Assembly: GCA_013239625.1 (NCBI GenBank)
Contig: MU054001.1
Location: 1,866,151 to 1,930,150, forward strand
DNA from: Lama guanicoe
Taxonomy: Eukaryota
Direction: 5' to 3'
Length of the DNA: 64,000 nt
The translations under genes and the position numbers were made by a program. Under the pieces are notes generated by a model that ran no database searches, had not been told where the DNA came from, and worked only from the letters and a program-made list of their open reading frames with translations. Positions 27,541 to 40,865 of the stretch are shown here, piece after piece (the stretch's first letter is position 1; each line of letters starts with the position of its first letter).

Positions 27541-30500
27541 AATTTTTCCTTATTACCATTCATTTACTCTAAACTGAATTATTATGGTAATATACACAAC
27601 AAAAAATAGATATTTTAATTATCTTGATTCAGATTTTTCCAGCTCTCAATAATTACTTTTATATGGTATTTTAGCAACCTTAGGATGGCAAACTTCCAGC
27701 CATTCCAAATCATTTTCAGAAAAATATTTAATGACATGAAAAATGTCTGCAACATATTAACTGGAAGGTTAAAAAAGCAATTTGTCAAAAAGCATAAACT
27801 ATGTGATCCCAACTTTGCTTCTTAAAAATGAAAAAATACAGAGCATTAGAAGTGACTTGAAAATGAACAGCAGTCTACCTTTAAGCACATATATCTAGAG
27901 CCAGGTGTGACTCTACCTGCTGTCCCATCACCTGTCCTCAAAAATATGTAGGTGGAGGACAGGGGAAGAGACAAAAAACAGACCTCACTGGAAATTTATA
28001 TACATATGTCTTTTTAAATTTCCTTGGAAACTTATAAAACAAAATTTCAACAGTGGTTTTTTTTGGTAGTGGTATTACAAGTAACTTATTTTTTATGTGT
28101 CTGTTTTCTACACTGTCCAATTTTAAAATAATAACTATGTTTTAAATTTTTCAGAAAAAAATCCCATATTTAAAAATGTGCCTTACATAGGCTGTTCAAA
28201 TCTGTCTTTCTCTAAGTTTTTTTTTAAGCTTATAAATGTTTCCTTACCTTCAGGAATAAAAAAAAAAAAATTCAAGGGAGTAAATAAAGTAATAAATTCA
28301 TCAGAATAGAAAAGCCAACATGGAATTATACACAATTATATACATTCTTAAATTCTGTTTCCTGTATTGATTGCTATTTTAGCTACCCCACATCTTTCAC
28401 TGCTATAGAACTTTTACATTAAAATTTAATTTACAAACATTGATAGATTACACAGTGCTGCATATATTATTTCCACTTTACAAATAAGAAGACAAAAATG
28501 AAAGATTTTGTGTTACAAAACAGCAGTAAGCATTTGTCTTAAGAAAGCAATGAAAAGTTTATGGTACTATTCTCTCAAAATTCCTTTGCTCTAAAAATTA
28601 GAAATGAAAATAAGCTAATATTTTCCCTATTATGTTTTTTGAGTGCTTATATTTAGAAATGTTTGCTGTAGCTTCTCACTTTTTTTCTTTTCTCTTTTTT
28701 AAATAATAAAATTCTAGAGACAATTATATAAGAAATGTTCTCAGCAATATTCACTGTTTTTAATGATTGACACAGACTCTAATAAGACATTTGAAATTAT
28801 ATCCACAAACACCCCACTCTCAGTTGGGTGGTAAGAAAAAGCAAGGCTTAGAAATATTTTTTACATATCCAGCATTCCCAGTGGGGCTTTCTAGAATTCT
28901 TAATAGAGTGCCATCCATGAGTTTTCAAACAGTAGATTAACGAATATCTTGCTCTGGCTATAACAATATATGTATTTTCTTTTTTATTTTGATGAACCAA
29001 TTATGCCACTTTATTGTTTTTTAATCTGTTAACTTCTATACATATATTTAACAATACTAATTTAATCTGAAATGAAATTACTGCATTTAAAAGAGAGTTT
29101 TTAAAAAAACCCTAAGAAAAAAATTTCTTTTCATAGAATGTGGGGAAAACCATAATAATGTGAGAACTCATTACTATAACATTTTGACTATGTGGTAACC
29201 ATAACTATTCAAGACATGTCAAAAATTACATAGATAAAAAACTTATTTGCTCTGCTAAAATCTATCATAAATTATACATATTAAATAATTTAAATTTCAC
29301 ATATTTAGTATATCTGACCTATAATTCTATACATATAAAACCTATAGATAATTCATATTGATCATAATCATAATCATCTCCTACCTTCTCTATCAGTCCA
29401 TCTCTCCTCTTCACCCCCACAATCAGAAACTCCCAACTCCTAAGTCTTAACACTAACAAATAATAGGAAACTCGGAAATAGACTTTCAATAAGTCAAACA
29501 AGTATTCCAAACCAACTGCCCTTTATCAGTTTTTGAACATGTAATAAAAAGAATAAAGTCAGCAAAACAAAACAAACTCTGAAACAAAAAGGTGAGTAGA
29601 TTTAAATAAAGCCTTATGAATGTATCAGTGTAGACAAAATGATTTATGAAAGGCTGCTGCTGATGGGTCTGAAAAGAATTTCTCTCAGATAGTACTATCT
29701 AAATATTAGCATTAGGAACTACTTTAGTTATTTATAATTATTCTCCATTCATTCCAAATCTATATAAAAAGGATTTTACTTTTTAAAGCCAGCAGAACAT
29801 GCTTAGAAAATCATAAATTTTTTAAAAAAAAATCAAAATGATGACAAGGACTTAGAAAAATAAAGCTAAAGAGAGATGCAAAGCTAATAAATATCATATT
29901 TCATAACTTCAATTATATGCTGGACAAAGTAATTAGTCAAGCTAGTCAGAAATCTACATAAAAAGTAGATAGATGATCCTAGGTTCAATCAGTACATGTT
30001 TTTCCCAGGGTCATTCTAACTCAGATGCTTGGTCCTCTTCCAGTAGAGGGAGCAAAATCATAATATTCTATTGAAGTCACAAAAAGAAAGGGAGAGGGAA
30101 GGCTTACAAGTCCCCTTTAGATATCTTAAATCTATCTAGACAAGTCAAGAATTGTACTGAAAATATCATGATCAACCCAAAGGAAAAGATAAAGATTTTA
30201 TCTTTTTCAAACACTTCAAGGCTTTGAAATTAAAAACTGGTCCCTAAATATTTAATTTCAAGAACCGTATATTTCATCGCCCACCAAATCACACAGGTAA
30301 ACAAGCATTTTATAAATCTTTAACAACGAAGTTCCAGAAAAATGATAAAATATTACATTAAATACATTTTAAAATTTTAAAAGCAATACACCCACACGAC
30401 AAAAATTATTAAAAAAAAAGGAAAGAAAAAGTATAATTGCACTACCCTAAACCAATCTATTTCCTTTCAGTATTTTTCACATGTATATTTTCATACTGCT

Positions 30501-30740
30501 ATGAAAATGCATAATTATAGAAACATTTAAGTGCTTACTATATGCTAGGCTAGGCACAGTTTAAGCACTTTTACGTGTTACAATTCTTTTAATCCTTATT
30601 AAAGCCCTATATTATTCCATATTTAAAGATGAAGCAAATGAGATGCATAGAAATTATCCAACTAGCTAAATAAGAGTCATGCAGCTAATAAGCAACATAA
30701 CCAAGATTCTAAACCAGGTGGTCTGATACCAGAGCCTAGA

Positions 30741-30849
30741 TTTTTTTTTAACTTTTTTGGGGGGAGAAGGTAGGTAATCAGGTGTACTGATTTATTTTAA
30801 CAGAGGTACTGGGGATTGAACCCAGGACCTCATGCATCCTAGGCATGTG
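30741..30849 (-). mobile_element. 5'-truncated vic-1-like SINE inserted in a minus-strand MIR (~30520-30870)
   Basis: gaggtactggggattgaacccaggacctcatgcat is the reverse of the SINE body. Imperfect TSD cagagcctaga (30730-30740) / cagagcttata (30850-30860). Confidence 0.8.
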
Positions 30850-31735
30850 CAGAGCTTATACTCTTAACCACTTTATTGTGATTTTAATTTTGAATTATGC
30901 TTTTCCCCATTAATGTATTTGATAGTCTTCAAACTTTCTAATGCCTGTAATAGTCCATCTAATATGGATATGGATAATATGGAAATGATAATAAACTGTG
31001 CTGTTTCCAGTTTTCCCTTATAGATATAGCAGATAAATATCTTCAGGTATATTACTTTTGCTATATGTGAGTTATTGTAATATAGTATTTTTATACTCAC
31101 ACGCCACCAAATTGCTTTCCAAAACACTTGAATCTATTACAAAGCTATGTAAGTTCCAATTTCACCATAAATTTACAAGCACTAACATTAAAAAGTTTTT
31201 TCCTAATAGGTAAAAACGAAACCCATTGCAAACTATTACTAAAGCTGCATGTTACTCTGAGTGTTGTGTGTATTAACTCAATTTCCTGTTTTGTGAATTT
31301 CAGCTTATACGTTTTGTCTAGTTATCAACCGAGATCTTATCAAATTATCTGAGCTTTTCATAGAAATATTAACTCTACGTCCGTTTATATTTGCAATAAA
31401 ATGTTTCCAATCTATTGTTTTCCTCTTAATTATGGTTATTTAGTTTTCATTTGGTTTTGATAATAAATCTTCCTGTTAAAGGCAATTATAATTGGAAGTT
31501 ACAAAACATCTTAATACCTTATAATTTTCTAAAAACAGAAGTCTACTGCTTTGAGCACATCAATGAATCACTTTCAAATATAAGACTGTTGAAGAAATAG
31601 AAATCTATATCAAAATATGCTTATTCACCTGACAGAATTACTGAGTTTGAGAAATCTTAAATATGTCTCATACAAAATTAACTAAATGAGTAAAAGCCCA
31701 CCCTATGCCAAACCACCAAAATAAGAGCTACATAC

Positions 31736-33193
31736 CTGTCGCTGTAAACACAGGCGATTTCTGTCATGTAAATGCTGATGATTAGAAAGTGATGAATGCC
31801 AACTCCTCGCTTGACTATGCAACTGAGTTTGAGCCATATCAGAAGGCCGTGCTACAAGATGTGAAGTAAACTGCCGATCAAGGTCGTGATCTAAAACGTG
31901 ACTTGAATTATCTTGCCCAAATGCTGACTCATCAAACTGGGGAAGGAGACCCTCCTGAAGGAGGTCTTCTGGGTCAAGTCCTGTGAATGGCTCAGTTTGA
32001 GATTCCACTTGATGAAGTAAATTCTCTTCTAAAGATGAAAAGCCATTAGCTTCTACATGATCATTGAAATGGCCCATTTGAGTTCCTGAGTCAACAGGAT
32101 CTGGGAAGTTCATGTGCACAGGAGATAATTTTGAATTGCTGTAACTACCCTGAGGATGTGATGAATGCAACATTTGGAAATTATTTGAATTCAGTGATGT
32201 ATTGGGATTCAGCATATGCTGAGTAGATTCTTGCTTGATTCCCCTATGAGGTGAAAAGGAATTACTCCCAGTAAAATCAGATAAAGTTTGACTTGTATGA
32301 TTAGGTGCAAGAACTGCAGAGGACTGAAGAAGATTATTTGGTGACACATGATTACTAGAAAAGGAATAATGTGAAGAAAACTGTTGTGAATTACTGACAG
32401 AACAAGAAGTCATATTTGGGGAAGGTCCATTAAAATTTCCTTCTTGATGACTGCTACACTTGAGAAAGTGCACTGAAGGATTTGACGTTTGAGAAAACTG
32501 CTGCATCGAAAGGGATTGTTGTGAAGTAGATGCATTATTAATTTGTGGGGGGTGGTTAACACTGACTCTGTGTGGACCAGAAACGTTAACATCCATAAAA
32601 TTTTTAGACTGGCTAAGAGAATTTTGCCCTGGGTTAAGATTATTTCTGTTTTGTTGCGAGCGGAGTGAAGTGCACTGTGTTTGTTGTTCATTGGCCTGAA
32701 ATAAGGCAAAGTCATGGTGTGCCACAAAGCTTTTAGTTTGATGCATAGAGTGAGAATGTCCTTGTTGGTGAAAAGGAGATCCATTTTGATTTGAAATGCT
32801 AGTAGCTGTCTGATGGCCCCACATTGGACTGCCGTCTGCTACATCTGGAAACAAACCATTGGGCTGATTCTGGGGGTGGATCGGAGAACAATTAAACTGA
32901 GAGTGTGGAGATAACACATGTTCAGCTGGGCTACCAAATGGCTGATTAACTTGGTGAAACTTCATTGAATCAAACTGATTTAACTGTTCATAATCAGTCA
33001 GCTTCTGATGTGTTGGAGTACCTTGTACATGGTTCAGTGAGTCTATGTGCAAAGGTTCAAATTCTGCACCCAAGTTCAATTCATCAACTAGTGAAACAGG
33101 CCCTGGTTGTACAAATGCATCATCTGACAAACCTTCTAAGGTCTCACCAAAAAGATTGGCTTCATCAAAAAAGTCCATCATTGGATCTGTCAT
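31736..33193 (-). CDS. CHD9: CHD9 (chromodomain-helicase-DNA-binding protein 9), first coding exon, 486 codons of the S/N/Q/H-rich N-terminal region; gene continues beyond the left edge
   Basis: ORF MTDPMMDFFDEANLFGETLEGLSDDAFVQPGPVSLVDELNLGAEFEPLHIDSL...HDRNRLCLQRQ is recognisable as the CHD9 N-terminus. It ends at the donor CAG|GTATGT (GT at 31735-31734, phase 0). The last 10 aa of the 496-aa track ORF (VCSSYFGGLA) are intronic read-through. Confidence 0.96.
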
Positions 33194-33358
33194 TTTGAAA
33201 AATTCAGTAACAATCTGGGTTATTCACTCCAAATGGAGTATATTCAGCTTCTCTGTAGTAGATATTATTGGATCATTTCCAAAGGTCATCAACTGATCTG
33301 AAACAGGTCAATGTTCATTATTGCTGTAGACAATGACATGTCATGAAGTGTCAGAATC
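33194..33358 (-). other. CHD9: 5'UTR portion (165 nt) of the CHD9 first coding exon
   Basis: The acceptor gtttttgttcttattttcctAG|GATTCT has a clear polypyrimidine tract (AG at 33360-33359). The start context is ttcaaaATGA. Confidence 0.85.
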
Positions 33359-35299
33359 CTAGGAAAATAAGAACAAAAACAAAGTTTAATCATGAATATT
33401 CATTACATTTTTACAATGTTTTTACGATTTAAAAAACCTAAAATCTGTGTACAGTATGTTTTGGAAGAATAATTCATTGCAAATAGCTCATTAATATTTC
33501 CTACAAAGAAAAAATGCTGGTACATGGGATATGACTATATGCATTTAAAAGTAACAATGTATATTTCTTAATTTTGAAGTTTACATATAATGACAGAATG
33601 TAAAGTAAACCTGAGAATGGAATGTCAGGCTCTCTCCTATACTATGAAATGGTCATTACTTCCCAGCAACTCTAACATGTATAAAATATATACATATTAC
33701 ACTTCAAAATTATGTCTCGCAAAGATAACTGACATCAGAACCGCTTAGATAAGCAAATATGTAGTGATCTTTTGCTCCAGACCTTTTGAGCAGATATATC
33801 TACTATTTCATAGGTATACATGGAACTACATACAGAAGAGCAATTGTGTAGGGTCATGATAAGCTTGCCCTAAATGTGATAAAAGTTAGCCATCTGGTCA
33901 GCTGACAGACAACAAGGACATGTGGTATGTTGGGGATGTCGCAATATATTGCTACCATGACCCTCTTGCTCATCCACCAAGGAAGATCAGCCTCCTGACA
34001 GTGAACTAATTTAGATACCCATGGAGCAAAACCAAGCACCTTCTGCTAAATGGTTATATGCATTATTCTAAAGTACCTCCCACCATTGAATTATTTAGAA
34101 TATACATGTTGCTTATTATATTTACTAAACTATACAAATAAATGTGTACCAACAATTAAGCTGAAGCAAAAATAAGCAATAGCTTAAGTTAAGCAATAAA
34201 ATAGTCTTACGATAATCTCGAGAAAAAATGATTAAGTTTTATACACACACATCACATATATACACATACAATTTACATGTAGAAAGGATCTAATAGGTTA
34301 CTTGCTAACATGAAATGGCTGCCCAATTTTGTTCTAGGCTTGTATTATTCCAAATATTTTTAACAACGGTAATTTATGGTTCTGCTCCCACTGTCTTGCA
34401 TAGGGAAACCACAAAGGGAGATTCTTGCTCCTCTACAAATTAGTTTATTCAAAAATTAGCAAAGGTCTAAGAAACTTTTCCAGTACTTCTATTTTGGGGG
34501 ATCCATATAAGGAAATAAAAATTTCCTGAACAAAATGTCTGCTCACTGTTTAAATAGAGAAAAACTTTTGAAAAATTCTGAGAAGTAAAAACTACCAGAA
34601 TCTATATTAGTTTTACCTAGAAATGGACTTATTAATCACAATGGTATACAAGTGCTATAACAAATATATAATTTTAGAATAAGGAAAGTAGAGAAAAAAA
34701 GAAGAAATTATTTTTCCAGACTTTATAATTTTGAGACTGAGCAGATAATGTTATGTCTTCTGAACTAAACATAGAATTAGCCCCACCCCCCAAAAAAGGC
34801 AGGTTCAATCACTTCTCTTGAACATATTTTAGGTTCAGCTATAGACTCTAGGCTAGAGAACATCTATGTATATTTAACCCATTAATCAGGAAAGCAATTT
34901 CCTATGTTTTTTAATGGATGTATGATTATTTACCAAGAGGAAAAAAGAGAAATGAAATGGAAATTACCAAATGCAGTATATTATCAAATATAAGGCACTT
35001 TAGTTGATGTAACACAAAGAAACAAACTATGATACTATACCAATTTGAATTTTTATTTTATAATCTATGAAATAACTTTTAAAAGCATTTTTAGACCAAG
35101 ACTTATTCCAAAGGATCTGACAGTTTCTTTTCCCATGAAGTACTCTTTTTGGTCCATAAAACATCTGACTGTTGCTCAGTAAGAAAATATAGAATCACCA
35201 TCATTTCTTCAACAACAAATACTTGCTTCACTAATATTAAATTTATGTTCTGCTACTCTGTCTCTTTGCCTCTCTGCATAATCAATAACTTTTTGGTTT

Positions 35300-35522
35300 A
35301 ATGCTGAATAATAGTGTATCTTTTTAGAGATATTTTAAATAAGTAAACATGTGTAGTATTGATGTATACAGCCCAAATGAAGTGATGACAATATAAATAG
35401 CTATGACCAAGTTTCTGTACACATAGGCAATGACAGCCACCTGGCAGACAGTGACTGAGACACATCCTAACTTCAGAGATATTAAAAGTAGAAAAACTAT
35501 GCATCTCAGAATTGATTAAAGT
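35300..35522 (-). mobile_element. TcMar-Tc2 DNA transposon relic (MER104/Kanga-like)
   Basis: The end catcctaacttcagagatattaaaagtagaaaaactatgcatctcagaattgat resembles the MER104/Kanga terminus. Confidence 0.5.
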
Positions 35523-35742
35523 AATTTCTTAAATATTTAGAATGTATTATTTCAAGCGTTTGGAACCCAGAACTACAAAAACTGCCTAATTGAATGTTGA
35601 AAGTAAATTATCTGAAGCACATGACATCAGTTCACATATTCCCACTTATTTTGATAACAGTGAACTTACAAAACATTCTGAATTTATGCTGTGTACTATA
35701 GGCTTGTACATTTGTTTTATTCTTAAGAAATTAAGGTTTTTT

Positions 35743-36014
35743 AAACAGAAATAGACTCACAGGCATAGAATACAAGCTTGTGGTTGCCAAGGGGGTGGGA
35801 AGAGATAGACTGGGATTTCAAAATTGTAGAATAGATAATCAAGATTATACTGTACAGCACAGGGAAATATATACAAGATCTTATGGTAGCTCACAGAGAA
35901 AAAATGTGACAATGAATATATATATATGTTCAAGTGTAACTGAAAAATTGTGCTCCACATGGGAATTTGACAACATTGTGAAATGATTATAAATCAATAA
36001 AAAATGTTAAAAAA
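35743..36014 (+). mobile_element. Young L1 3'UTR-only insertion
   Basis: Same 3'UTR as 7341-7983, with AATAAA and an A tail. 18-bp TSD aagaaattaaggtttttt (35725-35742 and 36015-36032) at a TT|AAGA endonuclease site. Confidence 0.92.
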
Positions 36015-39000
36015 AAGAAATTAAGGTTTTTTTAGAACACTGTTCTGGAAATAAGTTAATGATGTATCAGAGCAGTAATAGTTCATTTAGGAAAGAAATG
36101 GTATAGTCATTGAATTTTTGTACATTATGGTAGATTATGTTAAAGCAAAGTGTTTGCTACATTTATGTAACATGAGGCTTACGAAAAATATGGGGAGATA
36201 TGGAAATTTTAATTAACAAAACAATTTTGCTATATACTCTTCCAATAAACATTTACTAATAAAACAACTTCTAGGCACTAGGATGATGAATAAGAACTGA
36301 CCTCTCAAGGGGAATACAAGCAAGTAAACAGACCATTACCAATACCATATTTGTGCTTTGATAAAAGTACATAAGGGGAGGAACATTTAATGAAGAAAAT
36401 GAATATAAACACTATACTATGTTAAGATATACTTTTCATATGTGACAAGATACATGTAGTCAGCTTTAGTTATAAAGACAGAAACTAAAGATGAAGTATG
36501 AAAAAATTTCCATAAAATATAAAAAAAAACCCTATCTTTTCTGATTTGAACAGTTTATTCTATAATTGACACAATAATCATTTAAGTTTCTCTTTAAGAT
36601 CTATCATCTTATTTCATTCTAGTATATACATATATATCATTTTCTAACTTCATAAAAACATTACATCAGTCCAATTTTAACTTACTATTTAATTAAGCAA
36701 AAATTTATGGAGGGTCCATTACATCCAAAGCAACTTTGTAGAAACTACAAAAGCTTCCACCTCAGGAATTTCAGACTCTAAATGGGGGAGGGTAGGTAGT
36801 AATGGCACAAGAAAAGTACATCATATATTGAATAAAATTTGATAAACATGGCCTAAGAGAGGCACAAGTTTATCTACAAGGTGATTTATAAAGAGAAGAG
36901 AGCATATCTGGCAAATTATTAGGGAATAGCTTCTTGGAACACTTAGAATATGAAGAGGTTTTATAAAGGGATTGGAAGGCAAGGCCAGACAAAGAATTCA
37001 GGAATAAAGAAAACAGCAGGAAGTATATATTTAGGGAATAGTATGACCATTGAGAGTATACAAAAGAAGAAAAGTAGAAAATAAAGGTGGAAATACAAGT
37101 TGGAACAATGCAATAGGAGATTTTATCAATTAAGTACATAAATTAATATATTTGGAAGACAGAATTCTCCTAAAGTTAAGACAGTGTTTAGAATCAAAAT
37201 CAAATTACTTATTTATCTGCATTTCTACATTTATCCAATGCCAAACATGATGCTCTTATAAAATCAATTCAAATATCAATAGGTCAGAATCCCTACCTTC
37301 AAAAAATTCATAATCTATAGGGAAAGAAAACACATAAACAAATAGTATCATATATATCTTAGCAGAGATGTATACAAAGCGCTATATTATGGTAGCACAG
37401 ATTAAACAGCAATTAATTATGCCTGGAAAAGATCAGGAAAGGCAAGAGAAGAGGTAACATTTGAACTGGGTCATAAGAGTAAAAATAAGGTCTCTAAACA
37501 TGTGTTCTATAATAGAATTTATATATATAAACTTACTTCAGTGGCAAATTTATTTTCCTCAATGTATAATAGTTGCTTTTCCTCCAAGATATTTCTATAT
37601 TCTCCAGATAAGCCCCTCAGTATTTTTCTAATAAGCGAACTGATCTTCCCAATGAGTTCTACACATTAATAGCTCTGTTCAACTTAATGTAGCATTGATC
37701 CCTACCAAATTATTCAGTCCTCTATTACAGTCATCACTGCAGCATTTCTATACAGTATTAAATTTGTGCTACATTAATTACTATTTTGTTTATGAGCTAC
37801 TTATAGCTATTTCATATTTATACCTGGAGAAAGTTCAGCTTAGGATTTACCTCCTATAGAAGGCCTCTCCCTACTCAAACCTGTCTAGTAACCTGCGCAT
37901 ACCATAAACAATATTGCATTGTGATAATATATTACCTTTTTCTCCAGTATACTCTACACCCTTAGAAAAAAGAAACCCTCATAATCTTTGTATCCTTAGA
38001 TGTTGCCTAGCATAGGAGGCAGGAATACATTTTTGCTATATCAATGAATGACTAACAGGAATTAGAACATGATACTTAAAACAAACAAAAACTAGACCTG
38101 AGTCCTGGCTCCACCACCTTCTAGCTATATGACCTTGAGAAGATCACACACTTTTTTGTTTTCATCTGTAAAAAAAAAATCCGAAGAACAAAAATAACTA
38201 CACAGACTATTAACTACAGTCCTGTCTGCTTCAAAGGTAAATTATAAAGTGCTAAGTAAAGATAAAATACTATCTCTACCAGTAAGCTGCAACCCCTATT
38301 AGGGCAGGGAACAGTACAATCTTTTACAATCCCCACACTCTCTTGCATTGTACCTAAAATTGGCAAGAGCACAGAGGGAACGCTAAAGAAATGTCCAGAA
38401 GTGAGGCAGGACGTGGCATTTGGGGAACTACTCAAGAGCATGATGTGGCCAGAGCATGCTACTAGCCAAATAGATGTCGAGAGGCAAGCAGAGGGCAGAT
38501 ATCCAGGCCTTTTATTAGCCATGTTAAGAAATCTGGACTTTATCCTAGAGGCAATAGGGAGCTATTTCACTGATTAAAATTTTTTTCTCTGGCTTAACAC
38601 TTGACTAACATTTTTACTGTGGTTATTAACATTTGAAGTTATTTTCAGATAGTAAATAGCAACTCTTCCAATGACAGTAACCAAAAAACTTAGAGTTGGA
38701 CCCAGAAACATTTTTTAAAAAATAAAATGATAATGATGGGTGTATTAGTTATTTTAAAAAATATCCTGGGAACTCCTGCTTGCTAGAGGGGATGCTGCAT
38801 AGTTCATCAATCATTTAATAAAGCCAATTACATCTTTAAAATGAAAAAAAAAAGAATATTCTTACTTGGCAAAGTAAAAAGCTGGCAAACTTCAGTTCAC
38901 CATTTCTTTGTTTAACAAACATTATCTGTAGAATTCTAGTAACAGCTCTTGTTAAGGAATTCACACTATGCTTGAATACCTGTTAAAAAGTTCTTCTTTA

Positions 39001-39899
39001 CATTAAGTTAAATTTCCTCCTGTCTTCATAGGCATTTACTTTGAGATTATTTAAAATAAACCTAATTGTGACAAATCTTCAAATTCCTGAAGACTTACAT
39101 CTCCTTTAAAAGCTTTGCAAAGCTACAGGTAAAATATTCCAGTTTACTGAAATGTGAAAAATTCTACCTAAAGTGGTTAAAATAAAACGTTTAATGTTAA
39201 AGTAATATGGGGCCAACTATAGGCCCCATATTACTAACTTCCTTAGGTTTCCCACAGGGCTTCTAAGTACATGACTGGTAGACAATACAGAATTTAACAA
39301 GGTTTACTAGCTTAATACTAGTAAAATTATGTGACAATATTTTCATAACTAGGTGAATAACCACACTCAGATAGTACTAATTAATTTTCCAATAGTGTAC
39401 CACAGAATTTCTATCCTCAGCTGGTCTGGTTCAGCTTAAAGGAAGGTATAGAAACTTTGTTTAACAAGGTGCTTATAAGCTGGAGGCAGAGTTACATACA
39501 ATAGTTAACAGAACCAAGATATAAAAGAATCTTAAGAGAATGAAGCAATGGATCAAATCTAATAATTTTTAACTATGAGGTTCTGTTTTCAGTGCAGATG
39601 ACCAGCTCTCAAGTACATTCAGGCTGCAAATTCTATAGAGGCCAGGCAGGTGACATTAATGAGTGAAGCCGGCCAGGAGAGAACTATGGCTAGCTAAAAA
39701 GTACAAAGGGGCAGCCACCAGTCAGCTTCAGTTAACTATTGTTCCTAAGTTTTTAAGAGGAGCTGGAAATCTACCCAGGCTTCTTTGGGAAATTCCCTGA
39801 TTTTTAAATGTTGATAACTAATTCAAATTATTTAATAAATTTCTCTTAGATAGAAAACTCAATACTCTAAACATATGAACTCTCTGTATACTAATGTCT

Positions 39900-40865
39900 G
39901 AAATTAATATGGTCTCAGTAAAAATTCCAGCAGTTTTTTTCAGAGGTAGACACAGTGTTTCTAAACAGAACAAAAGCAAAGCCAGGAAAAGATACGAAAA
40001 AGAAGCACAATCAGGAAGAACTAATCCTACTAAATATTAAAGCATTATAAAATTCCACTTATCAAAACAGTGGTATCAACACATGAGAAGCCATATAGAT
40101 ACAAAAGGAAATAATCTACTATCTCAAATTGGGGGGAAAGTGAACTATAAAATAAACAGGACAGTTGGATGACCACCTGATAAAAACAGGTCCATATCTT
40201 GTTCTCAAACAAAGATATGTAAGAAATAAAAAACCACAAAACTACTAGAAGAAAACATGGACAAGGGAACCTTGGTTTCTATTTATGAAACAAAATCTAG
40301 ATGTCATTAAGGATTCATTAATTAGATTACACAAATAATCTTATTAAAAGATTCATAAATTAGATTACAAGAGAAAAATAGCAAATGGAAAAATATCTGC
40401 AACTCATTAATTGATGAAGTGCTCATTTTTTTTAACACATCAAGACTTCCTATAAAATACTAATAGTCTAATAGAAAAATGGGCAAAGGATACCAACAGT
40501 CAGTTCATATTCTTATTCAAAATAAGAATGTCAATTAGAACCACAATGATGTATTATCTTTCACCCATCAGACTGACAGTGATTCCAAAATTTAATAACA
40601 CATGTTAGTAAAGCTGTTGAAAAAAACACTCTCATATACAAATGCTATGAAGTCTAAAATGGTAAAATCTCTAAGGAAAGACATTTACCATATCTATAAA
40701 TATTTCAAATGCACATACCCTTCGAGAAAATTCCCTTCTACTAATTTATTCTATAAATATGTTCATGTATAAGTGAATGCCACATATACAGGTATTTATT
40801 ACTTGCTCCAGCAGAAGATTTAATATAGCCTAGATGTCTATCAACTGGATGCTGGTTAAACAAAA
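39900..40865 (+). mobile_element. Ancient L1 (L1ME-like) ORF2-end relic
   Basis: actactagaagaaaacatgg, aatagaaaaatgggcaaagga and tttcacccatcagactg motifs. Confidence 0.65.

Noticed and set aside
275..31352. Short (60-106 aa) ORFs as further CHD9 exons or novel genes
   Set aside because: They are either L1/LTR-derived or random AT-rich frames. None resembles downstream CHD9 sequence (lysine-rich region, chromodomains, SNF2 helicase).
31703..31735. C-terminal VCSSYFGGLA of the 496-aa ORF as part of canonical CHD9
   Set aside because: It lies after a consensus CAG|GTATGT donor, so it is intron. It is kept only as an intronic-polyadenylation hypothesis.
32410..33296. Alternative-frame and antisense ORFs overlapping the CHD9 exon
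   Set aside because: These are shadow ORFs of a real coding exon with no independent support.
39620..39835. Possible novel element next to the hairpin region
   Set aside because: It looks like an old hAT-Charlie-type relic and is too uncertain to call.
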